From positions 60 to 64,059 of the forward strand of contig DASRHQ010000070.1 of NCBI GenBank assembly GCA_035650455.1: a stretch of DNA of 64,000 nt. Direction: 5' to 3'. Source of the DNA: Solirubrobacteraceae bacterium. Its GTDB lineage: Bacteria > Actinomycetota > Thermoleophilia > Solirubrobacterales > Solirubrobacteraceae. Of this stretch, positions 45,829-56,016 are shown piece by piece; position 1 is the first letter of the stretch, and each line of letters starts with the position of its first letter. The position numbers were made by a program, and so were the translations under genes. The notes under the pieces were generated by a model that was not told the origin of the DNA, did not search any database, and saw only the letters and a program-made list of their open reading frames with translations.

Positions 45829-45933
45829 AAAGACAACGTACTCCCGCGTTGCGCGCGGCACAAGCGAGATAATGGACCCGAGGGCGCTGATGCCGCGGGA
45901 TAGCGGACGACATTCGACTAAAGGGGGCACGGC

Positions 45934-47562
45934 ATGACCGACGCGCCGGTTGCGAGCGAAGGTGCGTCCACGCCGTCTGCAATCGGGAAGGCGGTGTTTC
46001 GCACCGAGCTGAACCCCGTTGATTTCCTCGACAGGGCGGCCTACGTGTACCCGGAGAAGACCGCGATGGTCGACGGAGAGCGACGCTATTCATACCGCGA
46101 GCTGGCGGAGCGCTCGTGGAGGTTGGCCAATGCACTGAGGTCGGCGGGGCTGAGCAAGGGCGACCGCGTCGCCACGCTGCTGTTCAACTCCGCCCCGATG
46201 CTCGAAGCGCATTTCGGGGTTCCGGCGGCGGGCGGGATCCTTGTGGCGATCAACAACCGGCTGGCCGGCGCGGAGGTTGAGTACATCCTCGAGCACAGCG
46301 GTGCTCGCTTCCTGCTTCTCGACGCCGAGCTCCAGCCCCTCGTTGCCTCGCCGGAGCGCCCTGACCTGACCGTGATCCGATGTGGCTGTAGCGGTGGGGT
46401 GGACCAGTACGAGGAGTTCCTGGCGACCGCGTCCGATCGGATCCCGGATAGCTGGCTCGAAGACGAGGAGGAGACGATCTCGATCAACTACACCTCGGGC
46501 ACGACCGGCCGGCCTAAGGGGGTGCAGTACACCTATCGCGGCGCTTATCTCAACGCTCTGAGCGAGGTGATCGTCGCCGGGATGAGCCCCGACTCGGTGT
46601 ACCTGTGGACGCTGCCGATGTTCCACTGCAATGGTTGGTGCTTTCCGTGGGCGGTAACCGCGGTCGGGGCAACCCACGTGGCCCTGCGGGCCGTCGATGG
46701 CGACCTCATCTGGACGCTTTTCGACCGAGAGGGTGTGACGCACTACTGCGGTGCGCCGGCGGTTCACCTGATGATCATCAACCACCCCGAAGCGCACCGC
46801 TTGGAGCAACAAGTGACCGCGATGGTTGCCGCGTCGCCACCGTCGCCCACCCTGTTGGAACGAATGGCCGAGCTCAACTTCCACATCGTGCACGTCTACG
46901 GTTTGACCGAGACCTATGGCCCGATCACGGTGTCTCCTTCCCAACATGGATGGCAGGAGTTGCCGGTGCAGCAACGGGCAAGGTTGCTTGCGCGCCAGGG
47001 TCAGGCCTATCCCTCGTCCGACCTGGTACGGGTCGTCGACACGGACATGCACGACGTCCCCCGGGACGCCGAGACGATGGGCGAGGTGGTCATGCGCGGG
47101 AACAACGTGATGAGCGGCTATTTCGCAGACCCCGCGGCCACCGAGAAGGCGTTTCGCGGGGGCTGGTTTCACTCCGGCGATCTAGCTGTCTGGCACCCCG
47201 ATGGCAACATCGAACTGCGGGACCGCAGTAAGGACATCATCATCTCCGGCGGCGAGAACATCTCGAGCATCGAGGTCGAGCAGACCATCTGTGCTCACCC
47301 GGCCGTGCTCGAGTGCGCGGTGATCGCGATCCCTCACGAGCGCTGGGGAGAGCGACCGAAGGCGTTCGTCACGCTTAACGCCGGAGCCGGCGCAGATGCG
47401 GACGAGATCATCGGGTTCTGTCGCCAGCGACTCGCCCACTACAAGTGCCCCGACGCGATCGAGTTTGGCCCGCTGCCGAAAACCTCCACCGGCAAGGTCC
47501 AAAAATTCGCCCTGCGCGAGCGCGAGTGGACCGGACACAAGACTCGAGTCGGCGCGACCTAG
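45934..47562 (+). CDS. Acyl-CoA synthetase (AMP-binding)
   Basis: NYTSGTTGRPKG, YGLTE, WFHSGD, DRSKDIIISGGENI, TSTGK. Confidence 0.95.
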   Translation: MTDAPVASEGASTPSAIGKAVFRTELNPVDFLDRAAYVYPEKTAMVDGERRYSYRELAERSWRLANALRSAGLSKGDRVATLLFNSAPMLEAHFGVPAAGGILVAINNRLAGAEVEYILEHSGARFLLLDAELQPLVASPERPDLTVIRCGCSGGVDQYEEFLATASDRIPDSWLEDEEETISINYTSGTTGRPKGVQYTYRGAYLNALSEVIVAGMSPDSVYLWTLPMFHCNGWCFPWAVTAVGATHVALRAVDGDLIWTLFDREGVTHYCGAPAVHLMIINHPEAHRLEQQVTAMVAASPPSPTLLERMAELNFHIVHVYGLTETYGPITVSPSQHGWQELPVQQRARLLARQGQAYPSSDLVRVVDTDMHDVPRDAETMGEVVMRGNNVMSGYFADPAATEKAFRGGWFHSGDLAVWHPDGNIELRDRSKDIIISGGENISSIEVEQTICAHPAVLECAVIAIPHERWGERPKAFVTLNAGAGADADEIIGFCRQRLAHYKCPDAIEFGPLPKTSTGKVQKFALREREWTGHKTRVGAT

Positions 47563-49076
47563 CCGCGGGTCAGATCGCCATTCGCTTCGGCGAACGGACG
47601 CTGACCTACCGCGAGCTGGAGTCGAAAGCGAGCCGGCTGGCCGGGGGCCTGCTTGCAGCGGGTATCGCGCCCGGCGATCGGGTCGCGTTGTTCATGCCCA
47701 ACTGTCCGGAGCTGGTGATCGCTTATCTAGCCTGCTTTGCGGCAGGGGTGATCGCAGTTCCTCTCAACACCCGCTACCGCGCGCCCGAAGTCGCGTACGC
47801 GCTGGAGCGCTCGGGGGCCGGAACTGTGATCGTCCACCGCGACCTCCTCGGCGAGGTGGACACCCACACCTCACCACAGCGGATGTTGATCGTCGGCGAC
47901 GGCGATCGGAGCTGGCACGCGGCACTTGACGCGCAGCCCGTGCAAACTCGAGCCGCGGACGGCGATGCAGCGGCGATCATCCTGTTTACCTCCGGGAGCA
48001 CCTCGAGACCAAAGGGCGTGACGCACACACACGCAAGCATGAATCACACGGTGAGCACCCAGGCGCGGGTCCAAGACCTCGGACCAGGCGATGTAAATCT
48101 GATCACGCTCGCCGTGTGCCATGTGGCTGGCCTGTTCGGTCAGCTGTTGGCGACGTTGCATACCGGGGGTTGCTGCCTCCTTCACTCGCGGTATGACCCC
48201 GGGGCGGCTGCACTGGAGATCGAACGCTCGCGGGTGACACGGATCCAGTTGCTGCCAGCTCAACTTGCGACGCTTCTCGATGCGGCCGAGGCGGATAGCC
48301 GAGATCTCAGCTCGCTGCGGTGCGCGATCGTGGGCGGAGACGCGCTCACGATCGACCTGCACGACCGGTTCCGCGAACCGGCCGGACTTGAGGCCACCGA
48401 GGTGTGCGGAATGACTGAATGTTTCAACTATTCGATGAACCCGCCCTTTGCTGCCAAGCGCCTCGGTTCGATCGGACGTCCACCCCCCGGGACCGAGCTG
48501 CGCCTCGAGGGCGTCTCCGGAGAGGAGCCGCCGCCCGGAGAATCGGGCGAAATACTCGTTCGCAGCCGCGGGGTCATGGGCGGCTACTGGGGAGATCCGG
48601 AGCACACGGCGGAGGCCCTGCGGGATGGCTGGCTGCGTACGGGTGACCTCGCGCGGCGCGACGCCGACGGCTGGTACTGGTTCGTCGGCCGCTCCAAGGA
48701 TCTGATCATCCGTGGTGGATCAAACGTGGCGCCGGGAGAGGTAGAGGCCGTTCTGCACGAGCATCCGGCGGTGAGCGCCGCCGTGGTCGTCGGTGTTCCA
48801 GACGACCGGCTCGGACAACGGATCGCCGCGTGGGTGGCGCCCCGGGCCGGCGCCCGCTTCACAGCGCAGGAACTCGACGAGTTCGTGCGCGAGCGAATAG
48901 CCGCCTACAAGGCTCCCGAGTGGGTCTGGATTGAGCAGACGCTGCCGACCACCTCGGTCGGCAAGCTGGACAGGCACCTCTTGCAGCAACGTGCCGCCCA
49001 ACGGGCCTTGACAAGTGACCCCGGCGGAGGAGACGATGGCGGCACGCAATGGTCCGAGGCGTCCGATGAGAATTAG
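47563..49076 (+). pseudogene. Second AMP-binding ligase lacking an evident start codon
   Basis: FTSGSTSRPKG, GMTE, WLRTGD, GRSKD, TSVGK; homology begins right after the upstream stop with no in-frame ATG/GTG/TTG before the N-terminal motif; 3' end overlaps the next gene. Confidence 0.55.
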
Positions 49077-50313
49077 CGCTTTCGACTCTTCCAATCGCCG
49101 CCCGACCCGACTGCTGCGATTGGCGGCTGTGGCCGTCGCCGCGCTAGCGCTCAGTGCCGTTACGTTCGCAGGCCGTGCCAATGCTTTCGTGTATTGGACG
49201 TCGCCGGGGTTGTCGAACAACGCGTCGGGCTTGCTCGGCCGGGCCAACCTCGACGGCACGAATGCGAACGACACCTTTGAGAGCAGCGTCAATTACCCCC
49301 AGGCGGTCGCGGTGGATCCCGCCGACGGCTACATGTACTGGACGACCAACCTCCTGGGCGGCACGATTGCGCGGGCCAAACTCGACGGCACCGACGTCAA
49401 CGAGGAGTTCATCACGGGCATCTCCAATCCCGCAGGCGTGGCGGTCGATAGCACCGACGGCTACATCTACTGGAGCAATTCGGTTCCGCATGGCGCGAGC
49501 ACCATCGGCAGGGCCAACCTCGACGGCACCGGCATCAATCGCAGCCTCATCACCACGCTTCTTCCCGCCAGCGGAGTGGCGGTCGACAGTGCCAACAAGT
49601 ACGTGTACTGGACGACGCCGGGTTCGCCGACCAACGCCTCGGGCCTGATCGGCCGGGCCAAGCTCGACGGCTCGGGTGTGAACAACACGTTTGAGAGCAG
49701 CCTTCATTACCCCCAAGGGATCGCGGTTGACAGCACTGACGGCTACATCTACTGGACGACCAATCTTCTGGGGGGCACGATTGCGCGGGCCCAGCTCAAT
49801 GGCACCAACAAGAACGAGGAGTTCATCCCGGATGTCTCCAGTCCCGCAGGGGTGGCGGTCGACAGCACCGACGGCTACATCTACTGGAGCAATTCGGTTC
49901 CGCACGGCGCGAGCACCATTGGGAGGGCCAAGCTCGACGGCAGCGGCGCCAATCCGAGGTTCATCAATGTCTTCCTTCCCGCCGGTGGCTTGGCAACCGA
50001 CAACCTGTCCAGCGTCGGTGGGCCGCCCCCAACGCCGACGATCGCTGCGCTAATCGCGGACGTCAAGAAGCTCGGGCGCTCGCACCGGATAGAGCGCAGC
50101 CTGATTGCGAAGCTCCACGCCGCGCAGCGAAGCCTCGACTCCATTCACATCGGAAAGGCCCGCGGCCACTTGGGCGCGTTCATGGATGAAGTCCGCGCCG
50201 ACCGCGGCAAGAAGATCCACGCGGCGAAAGCAAAGAAGCTGATCAACACGGCAGTTGCGATACGCAAAGCTCTCGGCTGTCGCGCCCACCATTGTCGTAG
50301 GCCCGGCCCCTAG
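49036..50313 (+). CDS. Secreted YWTD/LDLR-class-B-like six-bladed beta-propeller with C-terminal helical (FIMAH-like) domain
   Basis: GGAGGAG RBS; signal peptide ending AxA; six YWT/YWS...IGRAxLDG...PxGVAVD repeats; C-terminus LIAKLHAA...HLGAFMDEVRADRGKKI. Confidence 0.8.
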   Translation: MAARNGPRRPMRISAFDSSNRRPTRLLRLAAVAVAALALSAVTFAGRANAFVYWTSPGLSNNASGLLGRANLDGTNANDTFESSVNYPQAVAVDPADGYMYWTTNLLGGTIARAKLDGTDVNEEFITGISNPAGVAVDSTDGYIYWSNSVPHGASTIGRANLDGTGINRSLITTLLPASGVAVDSANKYVYWTTPGSPTNASGLIGRAKLDGSGVNNTFESSLHYPQGIAVDSTDGYIYWTTNLLGGTIARAQLNGTNKNEEFIPDVSSPAGVAVDSTDGYIYWSNSVPHGASTIGRAKLDGSGANPRFINVFLPAGGLATDNLSSVGGPPPTPTIAALIADVKKLGRSHRIERSLIAKLHAAQRSLDSIHIGKARGHLGAFMDEVRADRGKKIHAAKAKKLINTAVAIRKALGCRAHHCRRPGP

Positions 50314-50316
50314 CGC

Positions 50317-50337
50317 TTCGCGCGGCGCGCGCGAAGG
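50317..50337. terminator. Hairpin between convergent genes
   Basis: CTTCGCGCG-GCG-CGCGCGAAG. Confidence 0.5.
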
Positions 50338-50349
50338 ACAGCCCCGCCT

Positions 50350-50805
50350 CTATTGAAGCTTGCCCTCGATCTCGGACTTGTTCTGAGGGAACGCGATCGC
50401 GAGATTTCGACCGGCCTGCTGGTACGTGGACCGCTTGGAGGTCGGGGTGTTGAGCCAGGACTGAAGAGCCTCGCGGCCCTGAATCGTGTATTGGATGCCG
50501 CGCAGGCTGAGGCGCTGCGGTCCGGAAATCATCTCGTAGCCACCGGGCCCACGGCTTGTGGGCTGCTCCAACTGATGCAGAAGGTCCTGACTTGTGATGT
50601 TGGGGATGTTGAAGTTCGAGGTTGGGTTTGTGGCCGTTCCGCATCCGCCCGCGGTCAACGCGGCGACCGCGATGATCGCGGCGACCGCCGCGCGCCTGCG
50701 GTTGCGGCCGCTGCCGCGAGCGCCCGTGGCGGGCGCTGGAACGGCCGCGGCAAACGGAGTGGCTCGCGGCGGGGCCAACTCTGCGCTCCTGGCCATCGGA
50801 TCCAC
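50350..50805 (-). CDS. Hypothetical lipoprotein
   Basis: RRR + hydrophobic stretch + AGGC lipobox-like. Confidence 0.55.
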   Translation of the reverse strand: MDPMARSAELAPPRATPFAAAVPAPATGARGSGRNRRRAAVAAIIAVAALTAGGCGTATNPTSNFNIPNITSQDLLHQLEQPTSRGPGGYEMISGPQRLSLRGIQYTIQGREALQSWLNTPTSKRSTYQQAGRNLAIAFPQNKSEIEGKLQ

Positions 50806-50810
50806 CTTAC

Positions 50811-51470
50811 CTAGCCCCCGAGCCCGCCGAATACCGCGAACGGATTGTTATACGGAGTGACGTAGGGCGAGTCCTGCGCGATCTCCTGCACACTTCCTTC
50901 CACCGTCACGCTGGTGCCGGCGGGCGACTGGTCGCTGATCCGCGCGGCCAGAGATTTGGCGCTGTCTTCGTCGCTTGCCCCGGCAACCACGAAGTGCCAG
51001 CGGTGTGCCGTTGGGACTCCTTCCGTGCGGAGCCTCTGCACCAGTTGCTCGGCATCTCGATGCGAAGCGCATTTGACTCTTACTTCGAACATGGGGAAGC
51101 CTTGGTCGCGCGACTCCTCGCGCTCGCTCTGGATCAGCTCGTCGTGTTCCCGGCTGCGTTGCGCCGGAGAATCAGGCAATTCGGCATCGGGTGGTTCCCA
51201 TTGTTCGGCGATCGGATGCCAGTGCTCGAGCACGACCTCCATGCTCCATCCACCGTCATTGGAGCTTTCAATCGCCCGCTTGACCGCCTGTGCCTGTGAG
51301 CGGTCGTTGGCATAACAGAACACGATCGGCCCGTCGCGCGACACGACGATTCGCTCATGAAAGGACGTCTCGAGGTCGTGCTCGAGATCCTGTGCCTGGA
51401 GGCGTTTCGCGAGCGCCCGCGCCTGCGCTTCGTCCTCGAACTGCACCCTGAGACGCCAGTCTTCCGCCAT
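50811..51470 (-). CDS. Hypothetical protein
   Basis: Protein-like composition, GC3-rich codons; no motif recognised. Confidence 0.7.
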   Translation of the reverse strand: MAEDWRLRVQFEDEAQARALAKRLQAQDLEHDLETSFHERIVVSRDGPIVFCYANDRSQAQAVKRAIESSNDGGWSMEVVLEHWHPIAEQWEPPDAELPDSPAQRSREHDELIQSEREESRDQGFPMFEVRVKCASHRDAEQLVQRLRTEGVPTAHRWHFVVAGASDEDSAKSLAARISDQSPAGTSVTVEGSVQEIAQDSPYVTPYNNPFAVFGGLGG

Positions 51471-51530
51471 CGCAGCCGAGCGTACTTGATCGCCTATCCG
51501 GGCAGCCGCGCGTCGCCATGCGCGAACTCC

Positions 51531-52247
51531 TCATTTGGTGCCGACGATGAGCCTTTCGCGGTCGAACAGGGCTGAGGTGACCCGCCAACCCAGTCGGCCG
51601 AGGATCAGCAGCACGGCACCGAACACGATGGCGAGGCGAAGGCTTGGGGAGATCACGTTGAACGCGATCAGCGACGTCAGCGCCACGGAGGGAAGACTCG
51701 CCAGCAAGCTCAGCTGCTGGGCCACGCGGACATCGCTTGCCCTGGTCGAGATCCCGATTCCAAGCCAGATCGACCAGGTCGCGAGGAGCGGCGTGAAGAT
51801 GACCTGGGCGACGATATCCGGCACGCGGATCAGCGCGGGGGCGACCCCCGGGCTGGCGAACAGTGCGGTGCAGGCCAGGAACAATCCGTAGACGGCGTAC
51901 GAGACCGCCAGGGAAGGAAGGAGGACCGCCAGCGCCTTTCCAAGCAGGAGCTCCTCGCGGCGGATCGGCGTCGTGAGCAACGGCTCGAGGGTGGCCTGTT
52001 GGCGCTCGCCCACCACCGAGTAAGCGGCCAACAGCCCAGGGACGAGGGCAGGGATCGCCAGCATATAGAGCAGTTCGTGCCGGTGAGCGAGCTGCGCCGA
52101 TGCCGACGAGGGCAGCACAAAGATGCTCACCAGCGGCTGCACGAGGAAGGCCAACGGGATCACTGCCATGCCGAAAATGACCGAGCGGTTACGCCGATAT
52201 TCGCGCTGCTCCTTGATGAAAATCGCGCGGATGCGTCTGCGGCTCAT
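51531..52247 (-). CDS. ABC-2 type permease
   Basis: AIFIKEQREYRRN, VVGERQQATLEPLLTTPIRREELLLGK; ATG 52247 overlaps ATPase stop. Confidence 0.9.
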   Translation of the reverse strand: MSRRRIRAIFIKEQREYRRNRSVIFGMAVIPLAFLVQPLVSIFVLPSSASAQLAHRHELLYMLAIPALVPGLLAAYSVVGERQQATLEPLLTTPIRREELLLGKALAVLLPSLAVSYAVYGLFLACTALFASPGVAPALIRVPDIVAQVIFTPLLATWSIWLGIGISTRASDVRVAQQLSLLASLPSVALTSLIAFNVISPSLRLAIVFGAVLLILGRLGWRVTSALFDRERLIVGTK

Positions 52248-53236
52248 TGCTCCCTCCTGCCGGCCTCGACGTCCTCGTCGATCAGCTCCAGGTAGATGTC
52301 CTCCAGCGAGTGTCGCGACTCGGCGATTGACAGCACGTCGGCGTCCGCCTGCACCAGGGCGCGGGTGACCGCCGGCGCGGCGGTCTCCGCGTCCGAGACC
52401 GCAACCACGTAGGCCTGGGTGCCGTTGCGACTCCAGCCCTCCACCGCAGGTAGCCCTTCGAAGACCCGTCCCGGATCCGCAAGCGGAGCGCGTGTCCTGA
52501 CCGTGAGTGCCTTTGAAAAGAGCCGGTCGCGCAGATCCTCGGGCCGCCCGACCGTGCGGAGTGTGGTGTTGAGGATCGCCACGCGGTCGCACAGACGCTC
52601 CGCTTCCTCCAGTCGGTGCGTCGTGAGGAAGATGGTCACCCCGCTTGAGCCCAGCTCCGAGATCAGCTCGTGGACGTCGCGCGTGGCCATCGGATCCAGT
52701 CCGGAGGTCGGCTCATCCAGAAACAGCACCTCGGGGTCAGACAGCAGAGCTCGTGCCAGGGCCACCCGCTGCCGAAGCCCCTTAGACAACTTCCCGCAGT
52801 CCTCGTCGGCGCGCTCTATGAGGTTGACGGACCGCAGCGAGCGCTCGATGCGATTGCGCGCGTCGGGCACGCCGTAGAGATCGGCGAAGCACTGGAGGTT
52901 CTCGAGCACGCTCAGGCGCATGTAGAGCCCCGGCACCTCCGGCATGACCGAGATTCGGCGGCGAATCTCGACCCCGTTCTCCGGCGTCAACGGGATGCCC
53001 GCGACGGTCGCCGAGCCCGAGGTGGGCGCTATGAGGGTCCCCAGAGTGCGTACGGTCGTCGTCTTGCCGGCCCCGTTTGGGCCCAGGAAGCCGAACACTT
53101 CTCCGTAGCCGAGTTCGAACGAGACGTCCTCGAATGCGGTTCGGTTGCCAAACCGCTTGCTGAGCCGGTCGGCCGTCAGCGCCGAACCGCTCTTTACACC
53201 GCCGGCGGTAGCTGTTGGGCCGGAGACGCTTGTCAC
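52244..53236 (-). CDS. ABC exporter ATP-binding protein
   Basis: GPNGAGKTT, LSKGLRQR, LDEPTSGLD, TTHRLEEAE. Confidence 0.95.
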   Translation of the reverse strand: MTSVSGPTATAGGVKSGSALTADRLSKRFGNRTAFEDVSFELGYGEVFGFLGPNGAGKTTTVRTLGTLIAPTSGSATVAGIPLTPENGVEIRRRISVMPEVPGLYMRLSVLENLQCFADLYGVPDARNRIERSLRSVNLIERADEDCGKLSKGLRQRVALARALLSDPEVLFLDEPTSGLDPMATRDVHELISELGSSGVTIFLTTHRLEEAERLCDRVAILNTTLRTVGRPEDLRDRLFSKALTVRTRAPLADPGRVFEGLPAVEGWSRNGTQAYVVAVSDAETAAPAVTRALVQADADVLSIAESRHSLEDIYLELIDEDVEAGRREQ

Positions 53237-53353
53237 ATCAAAATGATATCACCGCAATAGCGGGGGCGATTGGCTCGGAGGGCGGGGTCAGCCGGTCAAT
53301 AGCAATACACATTACGACCGGCCGACGCGACGACCGGGGAAGATGATCGTTCA

Positions 53354-54196
53354 ATGAATGCAGAAACGGCCACCGCGATCGGCCTCGCGGCCGCTTCCAC
53401 GACGCTGACCAACCTGGCATACCAGCGCGAGCACGACGCTGCCGCGTCGCTGCCGGTCCTCTCGGCGCGGCGCCCTCTGCATTCCCTTCACCTGCTGCTC
53501 ACCAGCCGGGGATGGCTCGTGGGCTTCGCCATGGAGACGAGCGGTTTTTTGCTGTACGCCGCCGCACTGGCGCTGGCCTCTCTGGCCCTGGTTCAGAGCA
53601 TCGCGGCCGGCGGGATCGGCGTCCTTGCCTACGTCGGGGAGCGGGTCAGCGGACGGCGGCTAAAGCCGCGCCAGCTGATCGGCGTCGCCCTCTCGGTTGG
53701 GGGCCTCGTCGCGCTTGGCGTCACCCTCGCCAAGAGCAGCGGCCAGGGTGGCCACGGCTCGACCGTCGCCGTCATGCTGTGGCTGGGGGGTACGGCGGCG
53801 CTGGCGGGCGTAGCGCTTCTGATCGGTCGGCAGACCGGCGCGATCGCGGTTTCCGAAGGCGTTGCGGGTGGCCTGTTCTTTTCGATCGGCGATTTCTCGA
53901 CCAAACTGGCGACCCAGGGCGGAGCGCGCACCGCTTTCATCGTCACGCTGATTGCCGGCTACACGCTCGGGACCTCGCTGCTACAGCTGGGCTACCAGCG
54001 CGGCGGGGCGCTGACGGTCGCCGGACTCGCCACGCTGATCACCAACGCGGTGCCGATCGCCGCAGGCACGATCGTCTTGCGTGAACCGATACCGGCCGGC
54101 GTCTGGGGGGTCCTGCGCATCATCGCGTTCGCCGCCGTCACGGCCGGTGCGATCCTGCTGGCCCGCCCGGAAGCTGGGCGCGGCGCGAGCCCTTAG
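53354..54196 (+). CDS. DMT-superfamily membrane protein
   Basis: About 9 TM segments; ALALASLALVQSI, LQLGYQRG motifs. Confidence 0.7.
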   Translation: MNAETATAIGLAAASTTLTNLAYQREHDAAASLPVLSARRPLHSLHLLLTSRGWLVGFAMETSGFLLYAAALALASLALVQSIAAGGIGVLAYVGERVSGRRLKPRQLIGVALSVGGLVALGVTLAKSSGQGGHGSTVAVMLWLGGTAALAGVALLIGRQTGAIAVSEGVAGGLFFSIGDFSTKLATQGGARTAFIVTLIAGYTLGTSLLQLGYQRGGALTVAGLATLITNAVPIAAGTIVLREPIPAGVWGVLRIIAFAAVTAGAILLARPEAGRGASP

Positions 54197-54693
54197 GCCA
54201 GCGCCAGGTCGGCCAGAGCGCGCAGGGCGTGGCGCTCGAGGCTCGCCTGGTTGGCCGAGTTGTAGAGGGGACCCGTGCCGTCGGTCAACAGCAGAGACGC
54301 TTGCGCTGCACCGCGCGCGGCCACGGGGCCGGGCTGCGCCAGCGCATCAGCGAGACGGCTGAGCGCTGGACTTGCGGCCACCACCCGCTCTCGGCGGGGT
54401 GTGATCCGCGCGCACGACCTGGACACCTCCTCGCTGGCCTCACGCAGCACGCGCCTATACGTCGCAGCTTTCGCGCGACGGTCCGATAGAGCCGTCAGCC
54501 GGCGCGCGCGCAATGCCAGCGCAGGCGTCGACTCAGCCGGGGCGCCGGACGCAAGTGCCCGGTCGAGCTCATGCGAGCGCAGGCGAGCCTTCAAACGGTC
54601 GGCTAGCCGAGCACATCCGGCGACGATCACGTCGTCGCCATATTCGCGTCGCCACCACGAGTCATTTCGGCGGTTGTCGTTTTCGATTGCCAT
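54193..54693 (-). CDS. Hypothetical protein
   Basis: LDRALASGAPAES, ARGAAQASLLLTDGTGPLY; start ATG 54693 or GTG 54720. Confidence 0.65.
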   Translation of the reverse strand: MAIENDNRRNDSWWRREYGDDVIVAGCARLADRLKARLRSHELDRALASGAPAESTPALALRARRLTALSDRRAKAATYRRVLREASEEVSRSCARITPRRERVVAASPALSRLADALAQPGPVAARGAAQASLLLTDGTGPLYNSANQASLERHALRALADLALA

Positions 54694-54753
54694 GACCTCC
54701 AAAGATGATACGCCGGTCACGGTGACCTGTCAAGCCTCTACACTGGTCATGGC

Positions 54754-55332
54754 ATGGATAAGCAGATGGACTCACTTCCGGGCTGGTCTCACGAGGAGGA
54801 GAAGCCGGCGCCGATGCCGCTACTGCTCGTGCAGGGGTTCGTGAACACGCTCGATCTCGAGACCGGAACCGATGTCCTGACGGACGCCGAAGAGGCCCGG
54901 TCGTGGCTGATCTCCGCCGGGCTGCTGAACCGGCGCGCTGAAATCGCCCCCGCCGATCTGACGTTCGCTCGCGAAGTTCGGGAGAGCATCCGCTCCGTGC
55001 TCGCAGCGGATGGGGACGTTGACCCAGGTGAGCTGCGTTCCCTGCGCGCGTTGGCAAACGCCCATCGGGCACGTCTCAGCGTCACCGAACGGGGCGTCTT
55101 GGCGCTTGAGAATCCCCGCCGTGAGGACGTGGGTGACGCGCTCTTCGAGCTTTTGCTCATCGTTCACGCGGCCCAGCGGGACGGCACGTGGAAGCGGTTG
55201 AAGACGTGCGCCAACCCCGAGTGCGCGTGGGCCTTCTACGACCGCTCGCGCAACCAGCAGGGCAGCTGGTGCGAGATGGCCGTTTGCGGCAACCGCCTCA
55301 AGAACCGCCAGTTCCGGGCGCGACGACGGTAG
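54754..55332 (+). CDS. ABATE/CGNR zinc-finger regulator
   Basis: [40 protein letters not shown]. Confidence 0.95.
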   Translation: MDKQMDSLPGWSHEEEKPAPMPLLLVQGFVNTLDLETGTDVLTDAEEARSWLISAGLLNRRAEIAPADLTFAREVRESIRSVLAADGDVDPGELRSLRALANAHRARLSVTERGVLALENPRREDVGDALFELLLIVHAAQRDGTWKRLKTCANPECAWAFYDRSRNQQGSWCEMAVCGNRLKNRQFRARRR

Positions 55333-55430
55333 CGCTCACAGTCCGACGGGTAGCTTCGGTCGCGAGCGAGGGCCCGATGGAGCCCTCTGTATAGTTGACC
55401 CGTCAAACAATCCATGGAAAGGGGAACGCG

Positions 55431-56003
55431 ATGAAGCTTGGACGTCTCATACTGCGGGCCGGCATCGGGGGAGTCTTCGTGGGTCACGGTGCCCAAAAGC
55501 TGTTCGGCTGGTTCGGAGGCCACGGCCTTCAGGCCACGTCGCAGGCCTTCGAGAGCATGGGAATGCGCCCCGGTCGGGTCCATGCGACCGCTGCCGCGGT
55601 CGCCGAGTTCGGGAGTGGAGCGCTGGAACTGCTTGGTTTGGCGACGCCGCTGGCGGCCTCGGGCATTACCGGCGTGATGCTGACCGCGATCCATCGCGTG
55701 CACAAAAAGAATGGGTTCTTCGTTACCGACGGCGGATACGAGTTCAACCTCGTGTTGATCGGCGCGGCGCTAGCGCTTGCCGAGGTCGGGCCTGGCCAGC
55801 CGTCGCTCGACTCGGCGCTGGGGATGGACATGCACGGCCCGGGGTGGGCGCTCGCGGCGCTCGCTGCCGGCGCTGCCGGAGCGGCCGGCGCTCACCTGTA
55901 CGCAGAGAGCCAGGCGCAGCCCCCCGCGCCGACGCCCCCTGCGGCGGCCGAACAGACCGTGACCGAGCAGGCGCCCGCCGAGGCCGCGCAGCCGAGCGCA
56001 TAG
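55431..56003 (+). CDS. DoxX-family membrane protein
   Basis: [35 protein letters not shown]; GGGGA RBS. Confidence 0.92.
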   Translation: MKLGRLILRAGIGGVFVGHGAQKLFGWFGGHGLQATSQAFESMGMRPGRVHATAAAVAEFGSGALELLGLATPLAASGITGVMLTAIHRVHKKNGFFVTDGGYEFNLVLIGAALALAEVGPGQPSLDSALGMDMHGPGWALAALAAGAAGAAGAHLYAESQAQPPAPTPPAAAEQTVTEQAPAEAAQPSA

Positions 56004-56016
56004 ATCACCTGTGGAC

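Noticed and set aside
23700-56000. Intact integrative element at ssrA
   Set aside because: No integrase, transposase or att duplication of the tmRNA 3' end found by eye.
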